Assembly: GCA_964016885.1 (NCBI GenBank)
Contig: OZ024741.1
Coordinates: forward strand, 277,946,001-278,010,000
Source of the DNA: Eledone cirrhosa
Lineage: Eukaryota
Length of the DNA: 64,000 bases
Reading direction: 5' to 3'
Shown: piece by piece, positions 12,796 through 25,241 of the stretch
Layout of the letters: every line of letters starts with the position of its first letter
How positions within the stretch are numbered: position 1 is the stretch's first letter
Position numbers and translations under genes: made by a program
Notes under the pieces: generated by a model
Told to the model about the DNA's origin: nothing
Database searches by the model: none
What the model saw: the letters and a program-made list of their open reading frames with translations, nothing else

Positions 12796-12850
<55 letters not shown>

Positions 12851-12854
<4 letters not shown>

Positions 12855-13062
12855 ATAATAATAAATTTGAAGACTAAAATCTAAAGAGGGCTCGATAAGG
12901 ATAAATATATATCAAATATATAAGAACCGTAGAGCAAATATTTATTAGAATAACAGATTAAAGTTTAAGCAAAGAATCACTGCTTTCACCCTTAACGGGA
13001 TCTTCTGGGTGAAAAGGTGAAAGCAGCGATTCTTTGCTTAAACTTTAATCTGTTATTCTAAT
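12851..13062. repeat. pLTR-like family A with terminal fold-back (arms ~12943-12990 / 13016-13062); other copies 41917-42085, 43458-43555 (inverted), 45993-46290
   Basis: Shared AGTAATAATAATAAATTTGAAGACTAAAATCCAAAGAGGGCTCGATAAGG... start, always abutting (TA)n. Confidence 0.75.
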
Positions 13063-13169
13063 ATATATATATATATAAATTTTGAGTATATGGAACTGGG
13101 CATATCAGAGTATTGAAAAAGTTATACACCTCAACAACATGTGTACTCGACTCTACCACACTAATTCGG

Positions 13170-13224
13170 ACTGCCTGAAGAGGTCACAGCCAAAGATGAC
13201 TGTCACCGAAATATATATAGCAGT
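13170..13224 (+). ncRNA. Type I hammerhead ribozyme motif
   Basis: ACTGC, CTGAAGA (13175-81), GGTCACAG..CTGTCACC, GAAA (13208-11), TATAT, ATA, GCAGT, then AATAAA 13225-13230. Confidence 0.75.
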
Positions 13225-13270
13225 AATAAACGAAGCCAAATTTTAAACATTTGACTTATTTATTTTATTT

Positions 13271-13345
<75 letters not shown>

Positions 13346-13353
<8 letters not shown>

Positions 13354-13905
13354 AGTAAAATGACAGGAGGCTGGACTGGTGAAATTTCTTCAAAGATTTA
13401 TTATAGCAAACACTATGCACATTTCAATGACCAGGTTCCGTAAGATCCTGGTGACATCATCAGGTGTTTATTGAATAAAAGTTATATAATAAAAAAGGAA
13501 TAATGACTTGAAGGCAGTCGACCAGACTGGCAACAGCTGGCCCTGACCGCTTTCGGGTCTTAAACATTTCTCTCTGCTTTTTAGCCTCTTGGATTGTGTT
13601 TACCATTATTCTTTTATTATTATATAACTTTTAATAAACACCTGATGATGTCACTAGGATCTTACGGAACTTGGTCATTGAAATGGGCATAGTGTTTGCT
13701 ATAATAAATATTTGAAGGAATTTCACCAGTCCGGCCTCCTGTCATTTTCCTCAATAATAATCAACTCCGTTCTCGCACCACCAACAAAATTCAACATAAA
13801 CGAAGATGAACGAGTTGCATAACGTCGAGTGCTTTTCCTAATATTACATCACGGTTGACTATACGGAATGATCAGTTCTATCCAGTGGTGAACCAACAAA
13901 CCTAA
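13346..13905. mobile_element. Fold-back pLTR module between (TA)n tracts; arms ~13346-13506 / 13604-13759 carry hammerheads at 13408-13469 (-) and 13636-13697 (+)
   Basis: AAACAC, CTGATGA, stem II (ACCAGG/CCTGGT in the minus copy), GAAA, TG(T/G)GCA, TA, GTGTTT in both arms; AATAAA at 13703. Confidence 0.8.
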
Positions 13906-13920
13906 ATGAATATATATATA

Positions 13921-14115
13921 TAACGAAGGAGGTGTGGTAAGGAACCAGGTGGACCATAATGCACCAGAGTACTCGATACTTTTGGTAGTAGAGTGGGTAA
14001 TAGGAAAAGAGTCAGGCCTCCGAAGGCAGAATTCAAGCCGTTTCGACAGCTATTTCTAGTCCAGAAATAGCCGTCGAAACGGCTTGAGCTCTGCCGTCGG
14101 GGTCCTGACTTTTTT

Positions 14116-14121
<6 letters not shown>
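13921..14121 (-). mobile_element. Fold-back pLTR module, family B (other copies 20953-21113, 21139-21299, 23256-23457, all +)
   Basis: Common tail TTACCCACTCTACTACCCTAAGTATTGAGTACT..CTCCTTCGTTA next to (TA)n, plus a hairpin whose loop position differs per copy. Confidence 0.8.
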
Positions 14122-14160
<39 letters not shown>

Positions 14161-16224
14161 AATATGGGGAGAAGAATACTGCATGGTTGCACATGGATTA
14201 CATGTTATAAAATGAGTCCCTCATCAGTGATTTGTCAACGATCATTGGTATTTCATCATATATATATAAGTGGAAGCTTAGTAAAATCGAAGCTTTGGCT
14301 GTGGGCAAGCAAAGTCGACCTACAATAGGAATGAGTTAGCAAAGCACTCAATAAGGGTAGGTCCTAAGAGTAATAACATACGTTTAAATAGCTTGACAAA
14401 TTGAACATTGCGGTTAAAAAGATTATATACACACACACACACACACACATACACACACACACAAACACACGTAGTGTATCATTATGTCAGTTTGTTTTTG
14501 ATTGCAGTAATTTACATGCATCAATATAATGTACAACTTGGACTGCGCAGACGATATTTAGTACAATCTAATCATAATAACAGAAACGGAAGAGAATGAA
14601 AAAGCAAGTCTATACGAGTATGGTTTAAGTAAACAGATACAGGGAAAGATCAAATAATTCGCTCTTAACTACGCTAGTAGTTTTCTTTCTTCTCCTAACG
14701 TATATTTACTTTGTTTTTCCGAATGAATAAACCCATCTAATATATTTTTTTCTTTAATGAAAGACATAGAAAGCAATTGGAAATCAGCAGAAGATTAAGA
14801 AGAAAGACAATAATGGTGACCGCGCAGACAATTTTGTTTTTTAGAAGTGAAAAATAGAAAGAATCTGAGATAGAAGGAAATCAATAAAATATATATAAAA
14901 AAGAGCCAAAATCTATAAGCCAATCCTCAAACCACTTTGTCTTGACTTGTCATTAATCATTATTCATTTGTCGTTATTTTCAGGGACGACGTTATGTCAC
15001 TAAACTCATCTTGTATAAGTTTTTTTCTGCACTCAATTTCACAGTCATTATGAATACAATAGTTTATTTCTTTCTCTCTACATTGATTACTCAATGGTCA
15101 GATAAACAGAACTGAAGTAAACACTTATTTTGATCAATGATTGGTCTACAAGGATAACGGATCGCATCTTATCGATGGCACTACTTTGTATCGAAGGGCA
15201 AGACTCTTGACATGGTGCAGGTATAGTCACTACCTCTATTATTATTGCCACTATTGGTTTCTGATTTAGGCACAAGGCCAACGATTTTGCTGGAGGGAAA
15301 AGTCGATTAAATCGGCCCCAGTGTGTTACTGGAAGTTTATTGTATCAACCCCCGTAAAGTTGAAAGGCAAAGCTAAATCCGACAGGTTATGAACCTAGAA
15401 CGTAAATGGACGTAACTCTATGTAACTCACTGTGGTCGATTTAATTGCCTTTTCCCTCCCACCAAATTGTTGGCCTTGTCCCTAAATTATTATTACCACT
15501 AATACGTTTGATCTCTGTCACTCACCAGAACTACAACAAGTAAGTGGCTGAGTATTCCACAGACATGTACATTCTCAACGGAGTTCACAAAGAGATCCAA
15601 TGTGACAAAGCTGGCTCTTTGAATTACAGGTACAACTCATATTTACCAGCTGAATGGATTGGAGTAACGTGAAATAAACCATCTTGGTCATGGAAACAGT
15701 GCGTTAATCGGTGTGGGAATCGTACTCATGCTTTGAGCTGAACACTCTAACGACTAAGCCCAGTTCCTTCACAAATATTTCATTGTCATATTTCTAATAA
15801 AACATACTTTTTGAATTAATTACTTAAGAATTTGGAAGGATTAGGGTTGTTGAAGAGAATATTTATGGTAAACTAATACAGAATCCTCAGATTTTGAACA
15901 CTGGCTATATAATTATTTGGAAACACTAGTGAAATATGTTTGGGAAGGAAAGAACATACATACTTCATATAATAAAAAGCCCAGTTCATACATCAACGGA
16001 TCAAAGAAATGTGGGATTTATATCAACGAAAAAAGCAGAGTATCCCGGGGCTTAACATTTTCTAATGAAATCTCCAACTCCATAAATGAGGTTTTCAAGA
16101 GCTGTTTGCATTTAAAAAAATACTTGTTTTCTTCATGGAAAACCAACCCTAGACATACAGCCTATACAACTAAACATACAAAATCCCGCATAAAATACCT
16201 TAATTGTTCACTTAATGGGATTAC

Positions 16225-16420
16225 ACAAAGAGTCATTGGTTTGAGCAATATAATTCTCTTTACAGCCGAGGCAGACTATACAATATATCAAACTCTCTAT
16301 TTTGTAGTTCAATTCCACATTTATTTAAATGTATTGTCTATTTTTCAATTTTATCTCAGAACCAGTTTTTACATAGTTACAGACTGCACGTCTCACGCCT
16401 GTTATTTGTAAGAGTTTTAG
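16225..16420 (-). pseudogene. Decayed Penelope GIY-YIG endonuclease fragment
   Basis: Manual minus-strand translation CAVCNYVKTGSEIKLK...*...LIYCIVCLGCKENYIAQT; compare LFYAIKCKGCNEDYIGQT at ~51487-51540. Confidence 0.6.
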
Positions 16421-16902
16421 CGAAAAATTTGAAACTATTTACTAATGTACATTTTGCTATTGTAAAATGATGTTTTTTAGGTTCTTTCGTTGACAGTTGC
16501 TATTGACGATTGGGGCTTCTTTCGTGGGAAAGTGGAGGATCTCTCCTTTTTGTGCAGTAGGTACTTGGTGGGGATTTCTTGTTCTTGGATTACATAGAAT
16601 TATGACAAGTTTATAACACAAGTTTAAATCATCCACTGGAAATATATTCAGACCGTAAAACAAAGACGAAAGATATTGGCCACATTGTTGAAAACTGCAA
16701 AAGAATGTCGCATCGTTCCTGCCTTGTCGTGAGACATGATGTGGTTGTAGCGAAACCTGTCCACACCTTGAACCTTGGGTGACACCTAAAGGTCAAACTC
16801 TAGGTCACCACTCTTTTGGTGTGAACAGGTTCATGCGTGGGCTATCCCCTCAGGGTGGGAGACAGAAAGCGACAGGTTTATAAAGCCTATATTTTCCCAC
16901 CT

Positions 16903-17930
16903 TAGATACAGAGAGATTGGAGCACCACAATACAGACAAGCCATGTGAAAGATTCACCGCTACCTTCAGGCCCCAGAGGTCTACAGACATAGAGAGAGAT
17001 CGGAGCACCACAATACAGACAAGCCATGTGAAAGATTCACCGCTACCTTCAGGCCCCAGAGGTCTACAGACATACAGAGCGATCGGAGCACCACAATACA
17101 GACAAGCCATGTGAAAGATTCACCGCTACCTTCAGGCCCCAGAGGTCTACAGACATACAGAGAGATCGGAGCACCACAATACAGACAAGCCATGTGAAAG
17201 ATTCACCGCTACCTTCAGGCCCCAGAGGTCTACAGACATACAGAGCGATCGGAGCACCACAATACAGACAAGCCATGTGAAAGATTCACCGCTACCTTCA
17301 GGCCCCAGAGGTCTACAGACATACAGAGCGATCGGAGCACCACAATACAGACAAGCCATGTGAAAGATTCACCGCTACCTTCAGGCCCCAGAGGTCTACA
17401 GACATACAGAGCGATCGGAGCACCACAATACAGACAAGCCATGTGAAAGATTCACCGCTACATTCAGGCCCCAGAGGTCTACAGACATACAGAGCGATCG
17501 GAGCACCACAATACAGACAAGCCATGTGAAAGATTCACCGCTACCTTCAGGCCCCAGAGGTCTACAGACATACAGAGCGATCGGAGTACCACAATACAGA
17601 CAAGCCATGTGAAAGATTCACCGCTACCTTCAGGCCCCAGAGGTCTACAGACATACAGAGCGATCGGAGTACCACAATACAGACAAGCCATGTGAAAGAT
17701 TCACCGCTACCTTCAGGCCCCAGAGGTCTACAGACATACAGAGCGATCGGAGTACCACAATACAGACAAGCCATGTGAAAGATTCACCGCTACCTTCAGG
17801 CCCCAGAGGTCTACAGACATACAGAGTGATCGGAGCAGTACGCTATTACAAGCTATGTGAAAGATTCACCGCTATCTACAGGCCACAGTGGTCTACAGTC
17901 AACTACAGACCATTCAGAGGTCTACAGACC
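16903..17930. repeat. 83-bp tandem satellite, ~11 near-identical units plus a degenerate tail
   Basis: Unit CAGACATACAGAGCGATCGGAGCACCACAATACAGACAAGCCATGTGAAAGATTCACCGCTACCTTCAGGCCCCAGAGGTCTA; ORFs recur every 83 bp. Confidence 0.95.
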
Positions 17931-19934
17931 ATTACTTTCTCTCTCTCCTGGTCGCAGACTGAACCAGACTCACGACGAGAACTACTACCACGGACTGCAA
18001 CCACCAACAAACTTTATCCGGTCGCTCGCTGTTTTCACATCAACAACAAAATAACATTGTCAACCTTCGCAACTCGTGGTAACTTGATTATTGTTCTTTT
18101 TGACTCAAGTGAAGTAAACCTTAATATATAAACTAAATCGTTTATTCTTGTTATTTCATCTAACAACCATGTTAATCCATCCAACAATTTCTTACTTATA
18201 CCCTTCGTTAAATGGTAACAAGAACAATCTGGAATGTATTAAGGAAGACGAAATTAGAACTAAATATGGATTAAGATATTGAAACTGGTGACTTAGAAGA
18301 GACCTGAAAATATAAACAATTAGTTAAGATGGGTATCTGTGGATTATTGAAGTGGAGTTTGTAGATTTAATAGTTGAAATACACTTTATTTCAAATTGTT
18401 CATTCTGCCACAACTTGCGACCAGTAGATAGTATCGGCAATGGAAAGACCAATGGAAATATTGTTTTCTTGGTCGGATTTAATGAGTTCCACCCATCTCG
18501 GTAACCGAGTGAATCGATTATTGATTTTACAGAGCGCCGTGGATTGGCCATATTGGCAGAGCATCGGGCAACATGCTTTACGGCATAAAGTTATGGGCCT
18601 TTACGTTCTGAGTTCAACATCTCGCCGAGGTGAGCTTTGCCTTTCATCCTTACAGAGTCGATGAAATAAAGTACCAGTAACACACTGGAATCGATCTAAT
18701 CGACATTCCCCCCCCCCCCCCATTATTGGCCTTGTGTCTAAATCGGAAACTATTATTGGTGCTATAGGAAATATACCAAACCTTTAGAATCAAGGTACAA
18801 TTTAACTTGGATTACTGGAGAAAAAATACAACTCCTTAATTCGTAAACTATAGTTAATCACGATATCTGAGACTATAAAAATCTGCAAAACATTAAAATT
18901 TAAAGAATGAATGGTTTCACAAATAAAAACTGAAAGAGCCAAATCCTTTTCTTTACAACGTGCCACCAAACAAGTGGTTGGGCATAATAAATACAAAATT
19001 AAGAAAAAGTAAACCTGGATGTTAAATAATGATGATGATGACACGCACACATATACACGCTCCAACACATATCCTCACATAAACAAACACCCAAACAAAT
19101 ATATGGCTTCTGATTTAAGTACAAGGCCAACCATTTTGGAAGGAGGGAGAATCTATTTAAGTGTGTTACTGGTACTTTATTTTATCGACACCATAAGGAT
19201 AAAAGGCAAAGTTAACTTCGGTGGGATTTTAACTCAGAACGCAATGAGTCGTAACTAAATGCTGCAAAGCATGTCGTCAGACGCGCTACCGATACTGTCA
19301 ATCACGCACACAAATATATACAAACTACAAACTTACAAGCCTGAATCTGTACATAGGTGAATGTAATTTGTTCACATATAATATAGATATAAACAAAAGA
19401 TATATATAAAGTTCTTTTATTCTATAATATATAGAACACAATTCAGTTTATCTCCATAGCTTGATTCAACCAGCCTCCATTAATGCTGCCCATCGACAGC
19501 CAAAGAACAAATGAAAAAACAAAACAAAAAAAAAGTATACTTTAGATTACCAACAATATATTGATTGATGTTTAATAGAAATCCAAAATTCAATCGAAAC
19601 AGCTATACACTTTTTTCTTTCGACGCAATATCAATACAGAAGAAATGGTCGAACTATAACTAGCTGCCGTGTATTGCTGTCGAACATTCGAACAAGACAG
19701 CTGATAGCTTAGCACTTTTATTATCTACATTCAACACTGGCTATAAATATATTCATAACATGCCACAGGATTTAGTGTAAAACAAGATGCTTTATTTTTT
19801 CAAGTTTTTTTAATAATCTTTTCCATAAAAATTGACATAGGTAAGCTTCATTTTCTTTTAATTTGTTTCTTTTGATATTTTGAAAGGTTACTCATACTTT
19901 AAATCCTGTATGTCATCTGTACATACATGCATAC

Positions 19935-19967
<33 letters not shown>

Positions 19968-20006
19968 TGTATGTATGTATGTATGTATGTATGTATGTAT
20001 GTATGT

Positions 20007-20139
20007 ATCAAAATTAAAATTAAAACAAAATTAAAACAAAATTAAAATACATTCGGCAGTTAACACAGATAATGTAACTGTGTTAACTGCCGAATGTATT
20101 TTGATTTTGTTTTAATTTTGTTTTAATTTTAATTTTGAT
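20007..20139. repeat. 62-bp inverted repeat adjoining a (TATG)n tract
   Basis: Arms 20007-20068 / 20078-20139, 9-nt loop. Confidence 0.85.
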
Positions 20140-20361
20140 TTTGATCTTGAATTTGAATTGCTATACAGAAATAATATAGTATAATATATGTCACCCCACT
20201 GTACATCAATATATATATATGTATCTGTATGTCTCTTGAGTTGGAAAGGAGGTCAATTATGTGTACAAACATTGAAAAATGCTCCGAAGAAGTCAAGTCT
20301 AGGTTTGGATGAAACAATTGTAAGTGAATAAATGCTTTGAACATAGCTTTGATTCTTGTGA

Positions 20362-20498
<137 letters not shown>

Positions 20499-20869
20499 AA
20501 GTGGAATTGGTAATATATATGAAAAATGAACAAACCTGCTTCAAAACTTAATTTTAAATCTTTAATTCTTAATTCTTTTCAATTGTAATATTCAACATTT
20601 GATAAGATAGATTACACTGATACATCGAGACCGGTTATAGTTTATATATTTTATATACATTATAAAACTCCTTTTTAAAAAAAAAAATGGTCCTCTAATA
20701 TTTTCAATAACGTCACTTTGACGAATCAAAGAAGAAAAGAAGAAAAACAGATCCTTTAGATATACTTTTCGTGCTATTTCCAATTCCAGTTTTTCTCTAT
20801 AACCTCTTTTTTTTTTAATATAGAACCTTACTCTTTTTTTAAATATATATATATATATATATATAACTA

Positions 20870-20901
<32 letters not shown>

Positions 20902-20905
20902 ACTA

Positions 20906-20955
<50 letters not shown>

Positions 20956-21859
20956 AAAATTTCTGGACTCAATAGTCCAGAAATAGCCGTCGAAACGGCT
21001 TGAGCTCTGCCGTCGGGGTCTAATATTTTTCTATTACCCACTCTACTACCCTAAGTATTGAGTACTCTGATACGTTATGGTCCATCTGGTTCCTTACCAC
21101 ACCTCCTTCGTTATATATATATATATATATATATATATAGGAACCAATAAGACCCCGACGGCTGAGCTCAAGCCGTCGATACGGCTTGAGCTCAGCCGTC
21201 GGGGTCTTACTGGTTCCTATTACCCACTCTACTACCCTAAGTATTGAGTACTTTGGTGCGTTATGGTCCACCTGGTTCCTTCCCACATTTCCTTCGTTAT
21301 ATATATATATATCCAAAATTAAATTAAGGGTGTCATGTCAGAGAGACATGTGCCATATCCACTGTAGAATATTCTCCAAGATTCCAATGAATATATCCGA
21401 GCATTTTATATCAACTCGAAATTGATTGACATATATATATCTAAAATAAACACATGAAACAATCACAGGGAATAATTTGTAAAAGTGTGTAAGCACACAT
21501 AGCTAAGTAGGTAACTAATTAAAGTTTAACTAGAACTTTAAAAATAGATACCTTATAATATATATATATATATATATAATTTAAAAAGAAATTCGCTCTA
21601 CATGGCTGAATACAATAAATGTAATCTGAGTTTTTGCATGCCAACACAAGAGCAAGAATGAGGAGCTCATTCTACTGACATGGCTTTAAAAATGAGGCTT
21701 GTTTGCATAATTGCAAATGAATTGAATATTATTATTAATATTCGAAAAACTCAGATTACTTATATATATATATATATATATATATACAATATGTATATAT
21801 ATATATATGTATATATGTATATTTATATATATATATGTATATATATATATGTATATATA

Positions 21860-21893
<34 letters not shown>

Positions 21894-21914
21894 CATACAT
21901 ACAGACACACACAA

Positions 21915-22443
<529 letters not shown>

Positions 22444-22717
22444 TGTATGTATAGTATATTTGGCAATATACCGTATGTTTAATTAAAATCATTTAGAAGA
22501 CCATAGGCTATCAGTTTTAAAGTAGTGACTCTGTCACTTACTTACTTTCGGCGAAAGAAGGGAGAGAGGCTGAAAGTCTGTTTCACGCTGGTTGGCGTTC
22601 ATCAGAACCATGGACTCCCCTGCTTCCGCCGAAAATTATAGAAGCTGGATTCTTATAGAATTCCATTAATAATGAGGAGCTGATTATACATTGCCAGTCC
22701 AGCAAAAATTAGGAATA

Positions 22718-23121
<404 letters not shown>

Positions 23122-23184
23122 TATATATATAGTTATACTTTGGGAAGGTCAAGCTGCCATATATATATATACATATATGTATGT

Positions 23185-23259
<75 letters not shown>

Positions 23260-23455
23260 AAAAGAGTCAGGACCCCGACGGCTGAGCTCCGGCTGTTTCG
23301 ACAGCTAGATCCGAATACGAATCTAGCTGTCGAAACAGCCGGAGCTCAGTCGTCGGGGTCCTGACTCTTTTCATATTACCCAGTCTACTACCCTAAGTAT
23401 TGAGTACTTTGGTGCATTATGGTCCACCTGGTATCTTACCACACCCTCTTTGTTG

Positions 23456-23505
<50 letters not shown>

Positions 23506-23508
<3 letters not shown>

Positions 23509-23884
23509 AATAAGAAAACGCAAAGTAGTTTCAGATGTTAAAGTCCTTTAATGATAATGTTGTGATACATATTTCAATGACGACAGTGGCGGCCTTCGGA
23601 AACGGACGACGGACTGCTTTGTCCGTTCCCTTGTCGATTCAATTTGGATTACCTCGGGAACATAACCTTATTATGTAAGAAGCTGTCTGGTGATGACACG
23701 GCACTGGGCACACCGAAGAGGGTCGCCAATGTCGCCATTGAAATATGTATCACAGCATTATCATTAAAGGACTTTAACATCTGAAACAACTTTGCATGTT
23801 CTTATTCTAAATATATTTCGTCTCTCCTATGTGGAAAAAGTACGTTGAGTGCTCGAATCGAATTGCAACAAAGTTAACCTTAAG
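23506..23884 (+). mobile_element. Fold-back module (arms ~23506-23601 / 23713-23810) with hammerhead variant 23682-23756
   Basis: GCTGT, CTGGTGA (variant core), long stem II, GAAA (23740-43), TATGTA, TC, ACAGC; (TA)n on both sides. Confidence 0.7.
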
Positions 23885-23909
23885 TATATATATATATATA
23901 TATATATAT

Positions 23910-24255
23910 ATTAAGAAAGTAAAACAAAGAAGCCTTCAATACATCAAAAGTCTTTATTAGCCGACAATGTTTCGTCCTATTAAGGACTCATCAGGGCAAT
24001 TAAAACAAGAAGAAGTATTATCGGCCAATACAAGCCGTATTGGCCGATAATACTTCTTGTTGTTTTAATTGCCCTGATGAGTCCTTAATAGGACGAAACA
24101 TTGTCGGCTAATAAAGACTTTTGATGTATTGAAGGCTTCTTTGTTTTACTTTCTTAATTCTTCGGCTCTGTTTAACTACATTGAGCTATACCTTTTACTG
24201 TCATTTCTATAATACGAAGAGGGTGTTTAACTCCAACACGCTCCAGTATTTTAAC

Positions 24256-24260
<5 letters not shown>
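23910..24260. mobile_element. Near-perfect fold-back module (arms 23910-24031 / 24037-24158) with two identical minimal hammerheads (23960-23997 -, 24071-24108 +)
   Basis: GCC, CTGATGA, GTCCT/AGGAC, GAAA, CATTG, TC, GGC, then AATAAA 24110-24115; unique tail to 24260; embedded in (TA)n. Confidence 0.9.
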
Positions 24261-24332
<72 letters not shown>

Positions 24333-24897
24333 TATATATAGCTGTAGCCAGTTTAAGGTTAGTGAGGAGTACTGTAATGTGATGTTAGGATAAAATATTG
24401 AAAAGAAACAGATAAAGATTATTTGTTCAGTTAGAGAAGTTAGAGAAAGTCTTCAAGAGTGTATATTTTCCTCTTTCTTCACGTAACTTACATTATTTCA
24501 GAAAATGGCTTCAATTTCATTTGTCTGGGCACAACTTTTCTAAGGAGAGCAATGTAGAGTAAACATATTTTGTATATTTTCATAAATAACTTAATCTAAG
24601 CATACCTAAGCTAAACTAAACTCCCATGGTGGTAAGTTAGTAGAATAGGTTAGGTTAGATTCATAATCATCATCAGCAGCACCATCACCCCAACCACCAT
24701 CACCACCACCACCACCATCATCATCGTTTAATGTCTATTTTCCATGCTTGGGTTATCACACTCTGACGCACCCGGTGCACAGATATTAAATGATGATGAT
24801 ATCTATATATATATATATATATATATCTGCCTACCTAAATATATATATATGTGTGTGTGTGCGTGTGCGCGCGCACGCACGCGTGTGTGATGTCTAT

Positions 24898-25241
<344 letters not shown>

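Noticed and set aside
15917-16411. 164-aa plus-strand ORF as a host gene
   Set aside because: No splice or domain support; it overlaps a decayed minus-strand Penelope endonuclease fragment.
16903-17930. CRISPR-like array or repeated 70-aa ORFs
   Set aside because: Units are contiguous with no unique spacers and there are no cas genes; the period of 83 is not a multiple of 3.
22570-22610. Additional hammerhead on the minus strand (CTGATGA-ACGC/GCGT-GAAA-CAG)
   Set aside because: The cleavage triplet reads GAC and stem I does not pair; at most a decayed copy.
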